From: Malacoraja senta
Taxonomy: Eukaryota
NCBI GenBank assembly: GCA_038087875.1
Contig: CM075990.1
Location: 15,626,001 to 15,690,000, forward strand
Length of the DNA stretch: 64,000 bases
Reading direction: 5' to 3'
Part shown: positions 13,348-25,193 of the stretch, in pieces
Position numbering within the stretch: the first letter of the stretch is position 1
Layout: the number at the start of each line of letters is the position of its first letter
Notes under the pieces: generated by a model
Told to the model about the DNA's origin: nothing
Database searches by the model: none
What the model saw: only the letters and a program-made list of their open reading frames with translations
Made by a program: the position numbers and the translations under genes

Positions 13348-13671
13348 AGGGCCTGACCCACTGTACGAGGTAATTCAAGAGTTCTCCCCTGATTCGAGCT
13401 TGTGTAATGTACGTAGCGGGTACGTAGGGTCTCGTATGAGTATAAAGTAACAATTTTTTTCATCACAAGTATATTTTTACTCGTGGACATTTTTCACAGT
13501 GTTGAAAAAATGTCACGAGTTTACCGGATTTCCCAAGTACCTACCGTTACTCATACGAGCCGCTACGTGACATCCATGAGCTCCTACGTACCCGCTACAG
13601 ACATTACACAAGCTCGACAGGGGAGAACTCGGGAGAACTCTTGAATTACCTCGTACAGTGGGACAGGCCCT
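13348..13671. mobile_element. PIF/Harbinger-type MITE
   Basis: TIR agggcctg(a/t)cccactgtacgaggtaattcaagagttctccc; TAA TSD; inserted in a CR1 tail. Confidence 0.88.
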
Positions 13672-13987
13672 TAATTCTGCTCCGATGTCTAATGGTCTTA
13701 TGGAAAGGAGTAAGAAATTTAGACGGTATATGAGGAAGAATTTCTTTCCATGCAGAGAGCGATCGGACTTTGGGACACATGGTCTGAGAGGGTGGTGGAG
13801 GCTGTGACTCTCACAACATTTAAGTATCTGGATTTACACTTGAATCATCAGGTCATAGAAGGCTTTAGATCAAGTGCTGGTAGATGGTGTTAAATAGGTG
13901 ACCCTAGTGTTATGGAAATGGAAATTTACCGTGAGAAAATTCACAAATCACTACCCAAAGACACGAAACGCAATTTGGTCTTACAGC

Positions 13988-14041
13988 AGGGTGGGAGATT
14001 GCAACCTTCACGTGGTCCGCCCTGTTTCAACGAATGCAATC
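13988..14041 (+). ncRNA. Minimal HDV/CPEB3-like ribozyme (predicted; position 1 = A from the TSD)
   Basis: AGGGUGG GA GAUUGCA ACC UUCACGU GGU CCGCCCU GU UUCAA CGAA UGCAAUC. Confidence 0.72.
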
Positions 14042-14131
14042 AACCTGGTGTGCTCAATCAAATAAGATCAAATAGAACAAGTTGGCCTACAACTTTAGGC
14101 TGTGCACGCCATTATGCAAGAAGAAGAAGAA
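13989..14131 (+). mobile_element. Short ribozyme-headed non-autonomous retroelement, copy A
   Basis: GGGTGGGAGATTGCAACCTTCACGTGGTCCGCCCTG...(AAG)n tail; TSD gtcttacagca (13978-13988) / gtcctacagca (14132-14142). Confidence 0.9.
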
Positions 14132-14776
14132 GTCCTACAGCATTCATTTAAAAAATAAAACACAATCCTTTCTTGACTCACATTCTTGGCAGTGGCTTCA
14201 CGTTACTGAAAATCGAGATACCAACTGTTTCTTGGGAATGCAACCACCCAATGTGCAGGGGTCACCAGTGCATGGTGGATAAGGTAGGTTGATGCCCTGT
14301 CTCTACGCTCAGGACCCTATTATTGCACTTTTTTGCAGCTTGCAGCTTTTCAAAAGATCAGTGAAACCATTAACTACTCCCCCACAGCCCCGTCACCGAC
14401 TGAAGTTTGTGGAAACATCGTGATGCTCTTCCTCCCCTTTTCTATTCTCTTCTACCCTTGTAACTTTTAAATCTTTGAATGTTATTTAATCTTCTACGCA
14501 TTGTCATGCAGCCTGATTTTATTGGAGTGACCTTAATCTATCTTCCTTTGTTAATGTGCACACAGCAAAGTGGATAAAATGTTTCTTCCAACAATTGATT
14601 TACACAATGGCTTAGTAATGAACGACATAAACCAGACACTCCTGCGAGGAAACTGAAGCGTGTTATATGGAGATCTGTATATATCAGCCACTAGAAACTG
14701 GATGGAAGCAAATGATGTAACAGCACAACCTGAGGCTTATTCCACATTGGAGGTGTGAATAAAGTGAGTAAAGTAA

Positions 14777-15073
14777 AGGCCCTGTCCCACGATGCGGGTT
14801 TGCCCAAGAGCTCTCCCAATTTAAAAAAAAATCAAACTTGTGGTAAGTACGTAGAATGTACATAGCGGGTACGTCGGAGCTCGTGGATGTCTCGTAGCGG
14901 CTCGTAATGCTAACGGCAGGTACTCGGCAAACGCGGTAACTCGTGAAGTTTTTTCAACAGTGTGAAAAATTTCCAAGAGTAAAAAAATACTCGTGATGAA
15001 GTACCACGAGTTTTGATTTTTTTTTAAAACTCGGGAGAGCTCTTGAGTAAACTCGCATCGTGGGACAGGGGCT
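14777..15073. mobile_element. PIF/Harbinger-type MITE
   Basis: TIR ccctgtcccacgatgcg / cgcatcgtgggacaggg; TAA/TTA flanks. Confidence 0.88.
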
Positions 15074-15647
15074 TTAGTCAGATAATCCACTCTCATCTTT
15101 CCGCAGCATACATCTCAATGCATCATTCCAACTTCAGCAGGTGTGACAGTACGGAATGATCATGGACTGATTTTTACAGATAACAGCGATTGTGAAAAAT
15201 ATTATGCAGTATGAGTGTTTATAATTTAGCGGCTCTTAATGCTGCCATAATGTACAACGTGGTGAAACTCACTTACTCATTCACTGAAATCCCATCCCAT
15301 CTTAATTTGACACATTTTACTGTGGACCACAGGGGCTGAAGTGGGGAGCTAACCTATTAATGCAAATCCATCCCGATAACTTTCCTCTACGTGTGGGGCA
15401 GACACGGATTTCTAATTTTCTGACAGGGATAATGAGGGCAGATGTAAAATGCAGCAGAAAAATGCACAATTTTGCTGGGGAAAATATTGTTCAGACCAGT
15501 AGATACTAAATTTCCCCGCGTTCTACAAGAAGCGTGCTGAGGGTGCATTGAGTTTTTGATCATTCTTGATCATTTGCGAAGTAATACATTTGTTGGACAC
15601 TTAACACGCAGTCTAAGTGAATTGTTATGTTATATCACCCAAGGTCT

Positions 15648-15852
15648 ACGTCCCAGATGGAACAATGGAATTCGTACTTGCGGCAGCACAACAGAATATG
15701 TAAACATAGTACACTGTAAACAATATGATAAACGAGAAGGAACAAATTTCAGTGCGAGTGTGTATATAAGATATATACACATATACACACACACACCTAT
15801 ATATATATATGTACACACACGTACATAGATATACACACACACACATATATAT

Positions 15853-15899
<47 letters not shown>

Positions 15900-16440
15900 C
15901 ACACGTACATACATATACACACACATATATATATATATATACACACACATATATATATGTATATACACACACATATATACACACATATACATATATATAC
16001 ACACCTATACCCACACATAAACACAAACACTCGCATAAACACACATGTATATAAATATACATACACATCATATATATATAAACAAATACACACATATATA
16101 TATATATACACAAACACATATACACACATATATACACAAACATACACACAAAAACAAACAAATAATAAGAGTGCAAAAAGACAAGACTGATGCCCCCAGG
16201 ACGATGTAGTGCGGAGCTTATTTGGAGGTTGTAGTGTTTAATAGTCCGATGGTTGTAGGGAAGAAGCTGTTCCTGAACCTGCAGTTTTCAGTTTTAGGCA
16301 ATTACAGTATTCAAGCTCCTACATCTTCTTCTCAATGGCAGGAGTGAAATGAGTGTGTGGCCAGGGTGGTGTGTGTCTCTGATGATGCTGGCTGCCTTTT
16401 TGGGGCAGTGACTCCTGCATATCCCTTCGATGGTGGGGAG
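15648..16440 (-). mobile_element. Rex1/Babar-type LINE 3' end with an expanded (CA/TA)n tract in its 3' UTR
   Basis: gggaagaagctgttcctgaacct and ggccagggtggtg motifs (RT C-terminal region NSFFP); microsatellite ~15760-16150. Confidence 0.8.
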
Positions 16441-16554
16441 CAGAACAAGAGAAGTTGTCCTGTTCAGTCCTTGAGAATATTACAACTCAATTGAACACAT
16501 GGAAAATGAGCATGTTTAGGAATGATTCTGTAGTGTGAGCCAACATATATCATG

Positions 16555-16738
16555 TAAGACACTAAGTGCTGGAGTAACTCAGTGGGTCAGCAAGCATATC
16601 TGAAGAACATGGACAGGTGATGTTTTGTATCTGAAATGTCATCTATCCATGTTCTCCAGAGACACTGCCTGACCTGCTGAGTTATTCCAAAACTTTGTGT
16701 ATTTTTTGTAAACCAGCATCTGCAGTTCTTTCTGTCTA
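16555..16738. mobile_element. Fold-back PLE pLTR element (diverged)
   Basis: tgctggagtaactcag...ctgagttattcca inverted arms. Confidence 0.75.
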
Positions 16739-17009
16739 TATCGTATAAGGAATGGAATTGGTGGTTATGTAATCTTGTCCACAATGAATAGTCCAAGGAA
16801 AGAGTTGATGTTCATTTTACAGAACTCCTTCACAAGGTAAAAATGTTGCTTTAATTCTCCATCTCACCTCTCAGTCTTTCACATCCGACATCATTTAAAT
16901 GAAGGACAAGGCCAGCCCTGGAAGTGCTGGGCTCTTTTGCATATGGACATTACATTGGCCGAACTGTACTTGGCCAATGGTTCATAAGCGAACTAGTGGC
17001 TATGGACTA

Positions 17010-17203
17010 GAACACAAAGTGCTGGAGTAACTCAGTGGGCCAGGCAGCATTTCTGGAGAACATGGATAAACAATGTTTCGGGTCAGGGCCCTTCTTCAAA
17101 CTAATTGTAGTAATCACTCCAGAGATGCTGCCTGACCCCACTGAATTACTCCAGCACTTTGTGCTTTTTTTTCTGTAAACCAACATCTGCGGTTCCTTGT
17201 ATC
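17010..17203. mobile_element. Fold-back PLE pLTR element (diverged)
   Basis: cacaaagtgctggagtaa / ttactccagcactttgtg inverted arms. Confidence 0.8.
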
Positions 17204-20200
17204 CCTTATTTTTCCAAATAAGAGACATTGCCGTTTACCATTCTCCAGTTTCCCCCTTACTTCCGGTTAAAGATTATAGACCTGAAAACATAAACCATTT
17301 ATCCCTCACCACAGATGCTGCATGACCTGAGTGTCTTCACAACACACAGAAACCCTGCCATGAGATCCAAGACAACCGGTCCATTAAATTCCCCAAATGA
17401 TCAGACGATAATACAAAAGGAGGATTGCAGGATGTGACACATGCTACGTAATAAGGGTCTCGACCTGAAATGTCACCTATTCCTTCTCTCCAGAGATGCT
17501 GGCTGACCCACTGAGTTACTCCAGCTTTTTATGTCTATCTTACGTCTGGTAGATGCTGGTCATATATACCAGGTGCTGGTATTGTTTATTGAACAAGTCC
17601 CATAAGTAGCTATCTATGTAGGAGGAACCATTGCTGCAGTTGGTAAGAAAACTATGGTTGATATCAGCCACAAGATGGTCCATGGAAGAGAATTGGAGGA
17701 GATAGTGGTCATATTACTGATGTTCACATAATATCTTAACCAGACTGACAATATTAAGCAATTGCATAGCTTACAGGGCATTTAATAAACAAGGAAGATT
17801 TGTCTAACTTGATTATACTGGACACCAAATAGAACAGGCTGTCTTTGATTGCTGGTGATGCTGAAGGATAGTTTTGATGTGTACATTTCAAGTGATGGGG
17901 GTCAAGGATTTGAAGCAATGTCCAAGTCATGGGTGCTGTGGATGGAGGTTTTGAGGATTATTTTTACTTTCCTCCCACACAGATAGTGGCGGTGAACTGG
18001 AAGTCCCACCACTCTCTCTGCGGCAGAAACACAATGGAAACAGGGGTGCAATGGGGGGCTTTCCAGAAGGGAATTGAATTTTAAAAAAGCTTTTCACTGT
18101 ACCTTGGTACACATGACAATAATAAACCTAAACCTGTCCTCAGCTCTCACTTTAATACCCAATTGGTCTATTTAAAAGATAAAAGAATACACTTGGTCAA
18201 GGATTAAATCTTGTTGAAGACAAAGCCTTAAGAAATTATGTACTAGTGGGGAAGGAGAGGGGAAATAACATTAGAATATTATCATGTTTTTATCAATCAG
18301 TTTCTCTGTTAAATATCCTTAGGTATATCAGGCAACAGATTATTACACTGAAATTAATTATAAGATATGTTCCTGTTACATTCACTGTACCTTAGCCGTG
18401 ATTTATGAAATTAGTTTGCCGATCTCAAATCATTCAGACTATTGGCAAAACCACATCTGTACACAGACACATTGCACAATGGAACTGAAAAGAGATGGCT
18501 TCAGCATCTTATCAGAAACCAGATGCAACTAAATTTAAGGTAGCTCTTTCTTCCCAAAAACCCTTTCTGGCTTAAGTCCTCCCTCCACCACCTCCAGTTT
18601 AAATTCCATTTGGAGTGTTTTGGAGGACCAAGAAACCAAGAACCAAGAAGAAGATCTGTGGTAATAGGTGAAAAGATGGCGGGAGAATGTGGATGGTGAC
18701 AAGAGGTCCTTTCAAGGTATTTGCCTGAAGAATTGTGTCCTTCCACGCCACTGGAAATTCTACGACAATGGGTGTGATACTCAATTTGCGTTGAGTATGA
18801 TCCTTTGCCCAATGGAATAAAATTGTTCAAAATCTCTGAACCAAAACTCCACAAAATTGTAGTAAAAACGGAAAAGGCAGCATCAGTGGACAAAAAAAAG
18901 TTAATATTCAGATCAATGTCCTTTCCTCTAAACTGTGAATAAAACGTTAACCCACAGATACTGACTGACGTTCCTGGCACTTCCGGCATTTTGTTTTTAT
19001 TTCATGTTTTTAACACCTGTGGCGTTTTGCTTTCATACTGTTTCTTCAAAGTTGTGCCGAGTGCTTCAACAGCTCAGGAACACAAATCCTTTCAAAAGGT
19101 TTAAACCACTGGACTAAAGTAAATGGCAGCCATCTGTTCAGTTCATGCATGGCTACTTGTTATCTACAGAAAACATTCTCAAATCAAGAAATCACGACGT
19201 TTTACAACAGAAAGGACTAAATGAAGGTACATCAGTGCTAATAAATTCAGTCAGAGTGTCCAAACAGAAGTGGGGGTGGGGTACTGCATGCATCTGTATT
19301 CTAACAGCAAATCTACTCCATTCTAGTGTCTAAAATCACTACGTCCTCAGCAATGCAAACGTGGCTATACAATTAGCAAAATAAATCAAGAGCATGCATA
19401 TCTTACCTTGATGAACTAATAATATGATTTAAAATGAAAGAAATGAATGGGAAAAAGAGCTGGAGTTAGATTGTTATTTTGATGGCAGGTTCCATTTGGA
19501 AAGAATGTTTGTTTGTAGCATGGCTGCGGGATTGGAGCATGAGGAGAATAATCTCACCACGTTCTCTCTTGGCTTTCCAGCCATCCTTTCAGCCTCCACT
19601 AAAACTCTGCAAAGCAGCCAATGAGGAAAATACTTTGGATGTTTTGCCTTTGCTTCAGCAAGTGGGAATGAATGATGTCGGGGAGTTTATGTGCAGGGCG
19701 GAAACGGGAAAATCAAATGAAGTACCACCAATGACATTTGTGCAACTCTCCTCTCTCCTGGAACCCTCTCACCAACATGAATCATCGTAAGATTAGCGTG
19801 ACAACTATCTCAGTTTAGTGGGATTAAGCCCCGAGACTTTCTGTTTTCAAAATAGTAACATTCAGGATATTTATTCTCTTTTCCCTTGAAGTATGCAAAT
19901 CCCAAGAAAGAACTGAAACATTTAATCCGCAATATAATGTTCCACCCTCCAATGGATCTCTTCCCAGTCTGATAGATCAATAGATCAATCTGTTTACAAT
20001 TTGAATAGATCTCTCAATGCAGATCAAATAAAAAAACAATTGTACTTGTTTCAGAGTTTGGGTGCACAGAAGTGATACAACTTGTTATTTTCAATGTCAC
20101 CACCTTCTTGGTGACACATTTGGAGGCTGCTTGAGGAAGCTCTCATGTCCTGGGTTGAGGTGAGGAACCAGCAGGCGCTGTTGCTAACAAGCCTATCTGA

Positions 20201-20672
20201 CCCTTGAAGGAGCAGTCCATCATGAGTCAAATGTAAATGGCCAATGAGATTCTTTGTGTCTCACAGCATTTTCTGAAAGAGTTTACAAACTAAACCGCTC
20301 ACCAGAGAACAGCTGAGTGTTAAGATCAAGTCCACGCAACTTGGATCTGATGTTTCCATTAATTGATCGAAGTATGTAAGAAAGCTCCATGCCTTTGTCT
20401 TATCCCAACACAAGAGATATAAACATCAACAGAAACATCAATACCCCTGCCTTTTAACCATTCTCCTTTGAAACCATCCTTTGCTTTCTGATTGTCCTAG
20501 CCTCACCCTCCTCTTTGCTCGCACCATTATCCTATTTAATCATGCTGAAGAACATGATAATAACCAGACTAGACTCTGGAGCTCCTGAAATATGCTTCAT
20601 CAGTTACTAAGATTCGTCATCACATTCTTTTGTCCCATCTATGTGCCTCATCAAACTCTTGCCTAATCCTTA

Positions 20673-20885
20673 TAGACAATAGACAATGGACAATAGGTAC
20701 AGGAGTAGGCCATTCCGCCCTTCGAGCCAGCACCGCCATTCAATGTGATCATGGCTGATCATCCCCAATCAGTACCCCGTTCCTGCCTTCTCCCCATATC
20801 CCCTGACTCCGGTATCTTTAAGAGCGCTATCTAGCTCCCTCTGAGGCAGAGAATTCCACAGACTGAGGCAGAGAATTCCACAGTC
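20673..20885 (-). mobile_element. CR1 LINE 3' tail with a small internal duplication
   Basis: (agacaat)n tail; GYGEKAGTGY; duplicated ctgaggcagagaattccacag. Confidence 0.88.
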
Positions 20886-21860
20886 CTGAATGTTCCCCGA
20901 ATGTCCTAACAATCCCAACCATGAATACTGGCAACAGTCCAGTTGGATGAATAACTCCTGTGCCAACACAGGACTTCCATTTGTCCACTCAATACATATC
21001 ACCTCCATCTTTTTAAGTCAGTTCTACAAACATCTAATCGGTCTTCTTAACTTCTAATCTCTGGCTTCCAGTTCCGATGAAAGAATGTCGTTCTTAAATA
21101 TTGATACTGCTCCTCTCTCCAAAGGCGCTGCCTAACCTGTTGTGTATTTTCAATATTTTGGTCCAGTAATGGGCCCCCCTATCCAAAGAATGGTACAATC
21201 TTACATGGAGGCAATTTGACCTAACACTGTGAATAAAATATCATATCGTTACCACTGTCTGGGATACTCCACATTCTACTTTACAATCTTAAATCATTTT
21301 TTTTTAAGTTCCTTTCGAATCACCTAACCTTCAGTTAGCACAATGCACTATTTTAAATTAGAATTCTGCTTACTTTCTGCTGTTTCTCCCTCAATCATCT
21401 TAAGCAGGTGCAGTTTGAACGTGAACAATGCATTGGCATTCAAATAGTTTTTTTTTTTCATTTGTGGGCAACAGAGAATTTGCGAGCAATGCAAGCAGCT
21501 ATTGCTGGAAGCAAACGCACATAAATAAGAATAACTCATCCAGTGGCTAATCAAGACAAAATAAACATATTTGTTAACATTGCGAACTGAATCAAATGCA
21601 TCCTAAATATCGGAGGTGCCAGCAAACAATAAAGTAAACAGACATGAAGATACCTTAAAATACTCTCAAAACTGTGGACTTCTTATTGTCCAATTGGTTG
21701 AATATCTCAAAGAAGATAAGAAAAATAATTTACAGGTTGGAAACATTGGTATCAGTTCGTAAGTTCACCCTTGGAAAGAAATTCTGTGTAGAAGTAGCAA
21801 TTGGCCAATTTGCCAGTGATCATTTTTAAATGCTCATTTGGAATATAATGCGGTACTTAC

Positions 21861-21922
21861 TCTGAAGAATCTATGAAGTATATTACAAGTGCACCAATGC
21901 TGAGGGCAAACACCAAAACCAC
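21861..21922 (-). CDS. KCNMA1: Internal coding exon (exon 3 equivalent, S1 helix) of BK Ca2+-activated K+ channel alpha subunit Slo1
   Basis: Minus strand reads ttttgtttctctttttcag|GTGGTTTTGGTG...GATTCTTCAGA|gtaagt. Translation VVLVFALSIGALVIYFIDSS(D/E) matches the vertebrate Slo1 S1 segment as I recall it. 62 nt, phase 0 to 2, strong acceptor and donor. Neighbouring exons not found in the window. Confidence 0.96.
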
Positions 21923-22186
21923 CTGAAAAAGAGAAACAAAATTATATTTGTTAGGACACCTGGATTCAAAGTAGAAGCAAGTTATGTACAAAATCAGGCA
22001 GAAATGCTGATGGCTTTATCCCAATGAAGTGTCACCACCCAAAACATTGACTGTCCATTTTCCTCCACAGATGCTGCCCGAGTTCCTCCAGAAATTTTAC
22101 TCCATATTCCAGCATGCAATGAATACCTTGTAACTTTGTCAATGCCCTATACGTGGCGACTTTGCATACCTTGTGCTAAACAAAGA

Positions 22187-22568
<382 letters not shown>

Positions 22569-22611
22569 TGTCTCCTGTGTCTTGTCTCCATCAATACTCA
22601 ATTTCAATCAA

Positions 22612-22995
22612 TAGTTGCGGAGCTTACAATCCCTTTACCAGGGATCGACCTCGGAGCTCCAACTGCGGGAGCCTGTGGACTTTAACATCGTGGACCTGGC
22701 GGTCTATGGTTTGAGACCATCTTCGGGAGCTCCAACCGCAGGAGCTTCGATCGCCCCGACACGGGGGATTTGATTTTTGTCTTGATTAGCCACTGAATAA
22801 AGAGGAGGAAGATTGGACTTTATTGCCTTCCATCACAGTGAGGAATGTGGGGATTCCGCTGTGGTGGATGTTTATGTTAACTTTAATGTAGTTGAGTCTC
22901 TTGTCGCTTTTTTTTCAAAATGGTAATTCACATATCACTGTACCTTAATTGGTACACGTGACAATAAAAGACCTTTGAAACCTTTGAAATCTTTA
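22612..22995 (+). mobile_element. 5'-truncated non-autonomous retroelement with a Rex1-like tail
   Basis: Ends cactgtacc...gtgacaataaaaga(cctttgaaa)n; shares a stem-loop with the 52306-53138 element. Confidence 0.65.
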
Positions 22996-23674
22996 TATAA
23001 AGTGCTCCAGTAATTTGCCAACATAACATACGTTGTGTGTTTATGACAAATAATATTTTATTCTCCTAATACATTAATTCATTAATTAGACTTGAATTCT
23101 TTGGATTTAAACTAGTATTGAAAATACCCACAAAGACCTTGCAAACTGCCTTTATTCACACAATTTAAACTCTGTATTGTTGATTGTTTTAAATCATCTT
23201 TGCATTATGTTTTCAGTAGAAGCTTTTAAAATTAGAGCATTATTGAAAAATCTAATTTGTTTGCGGTTTGCAAGATCAAATCTGTTAACCGGCGATTTGA
23301 TGGAGTAACTCAGAAACCGCGAGAGTGTGTCGATTAATGAAAACTCAGGGAATGATGGACATCTTTATTGATATTACCAGTTTTAATGGATTACTAAGAG
23401 AATCCAAACATTGATGAGTGTCCTGAAAGATTTCTCAATGAATGAAAATACCTGATTTTACCAAATGAAGATAATGACCAATAAAATATCACTAAGCTGA
23501 ACTAAATATAATAAAACAAAAAAAAATCTATCCCTGATCCTTAATCACTCAATATTCAAAATTCCCATATTCAAAGCTCCAGTTCCGATGTAGCACTTCA
23601 GTAAGAAAGAACAATCAATCAATCATTCAGTTTTATTCGTCACATTGCACATAAATTGCAAGTGAAATGAATTT

Positions 23675-23885
23675 GAGTGAGTTTAAAGATACTACATAGA
23701 AACAGGCCCTTCGGCACACCAAGACCACACCAACCATTCATCACCCATACACTAGTATTATACCCTGCCACTCGTCACAATTTGCAGAAGCCAATTAACC
23801 TACAAACCTGCACGTCTTTGGAATGTGGGAGGAAACTGGAGCACCCAGAGAAAACCCACGCCATCACAGGGAGAATGTACAATCT
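23675..23885 (-). mobile_element. HE1-type SINE, truncated
   Basis: ccaattaacctacaaacctgcacgtctttgg core. Confidence 0.85.
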
Positions 23886-24029
23886 TTATATAATTGCTTT
23901 GGTATTTCTTTTTTCCACCATTATGACTTTTCCTGTCATTATCCCACATTCATTTTTTATCATTGCCTTCTTGTTAATGCTGTTATGAAACTCCTTTTCT
24001 ATATTTCCTCCTACTAACATGCAGTCAAG

Positions 24030-24151
24030 AAGAAGGGTCTCGACCGGAAACGTCACCTATTCCTTCGCTCCATAGATGCTGTCTCACCCGCTGGGTTTCT
24101 CCAGCATTTTTGTCTACCTTCGATTTTTCCAACATCTGCAGTTCTTTCTTA
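24030..24151 (+). mobile_element. PLE pLTR fragment
   Basis: TSD aacatgcagtcaag on both sides. Confidence 0.85.
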
Positions 24152-24642
24152 AACATGCAGTCAAGCATCACCATCAGTCTAATAGCTTCCTATTTAATCG
24201 TACAGTTTCTGGCACGGTGGGTTGCTTCTGCGCTTCTCTGATTCCCTAATTCTGACAAATCTGAAAAACAAGCTTATCTTCTCTCTTCAGATAGCACCTC
24301 TGTGTGTTTGCATTTCAATTCATTGAATCGGTGAAACCAATTGTGTCTGTGCAGCCCTCTGAATGAATGATCCAATTAGTTACCTTCCCCACCGACCTGA
24401 AAACTATAATGTCCAATTGCCTTTTGAAATCTGCTATTGAATTGGCTGCCAACACTCTTTCAGAATGTGCATCTCAGAAGATAACAGCTTAAAAAAAAAG
24501 AGATCCCTCCAAATGGATATTTTGCCAATTATCTATTGTTTGTGCTAATTGGATAGCAGAGACCCTGCTGGTGGAAATGATGTCCCTGCACAGTCTAACA
24601 CAGTACAATAGGTTTTGACAATTTGCCCTAAATCGACTCTTA

Positions 24643-25193
24643 AGGGCCTGTCCCACTTAGGCGATTTTTTCGGTGACTGCCGGCGACTGTCTCAGTGGTA
24701 GCAGGTCGCCGAAAAAGCAGCGACCCATTAGGACGTCCACCTACGACCACACCTACGACAACCTATGACCACACAGGTGACAACCTACGACAACCAAAGT
24801 CAATCTATGTCCACCCACGTCAAGCTATGACAAGCAACGACCCTGTCGGCGACAACTGAAGACAACTAAAGACAATTCAGTCGCCGGTACCTGTCGCTGG
24901 TTGACGTAAGTTGACGCAGGTAGTCGCCAATGGAATTCACCGGTCAGCACCCGGCGACAACCAACGTCACCCGGCGACAACCTGCGTCATCCTGGCGACA
25001 ATCTACGACAGCACCTACGACAGGAGAAGACAAGCTACGTCAAGCCCACAGTCGCCGAAAAGTTTTGAACGTTTCAAATTCCAGCGGCGACCAGAAAAAC
25101 GTTACGACTCTTTAGGCGACTTGAGGAGGCAACTCACGACCATGCAGGCATCACCCCGCGACCCGAAAAAATCGCCTAAGTGGGACAGGGGCT
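24643..25193. mobile_element. PIF/Harbinger-type MITE with cgac-rich interior
   Basis: TIR cctgtcccacttaggcgattttttcgg; TTA TSD. Confidence 0.88.

Noticed and set aside
18501..18989. 162-aa minus-strand ORF, and an overlapping frame with a hydrophobic C-terminus preceded by an in-frame TGA (selenoprotein idea)
   Set aside because: No recognisable homology and no SECIS seen; splicing from the KCNMA1 exon at the ttcag acceptor hits a stop within ~18 codons.
1..21860. Search for the next KCNMA1 exon ([24 protein letters not shown]) here, and for the previous exon (VGWMTSVKDWAG) above 21922
   Set aside because: Not found by eye; probably outside the window, although the gap or an oversight cannot be excluded.
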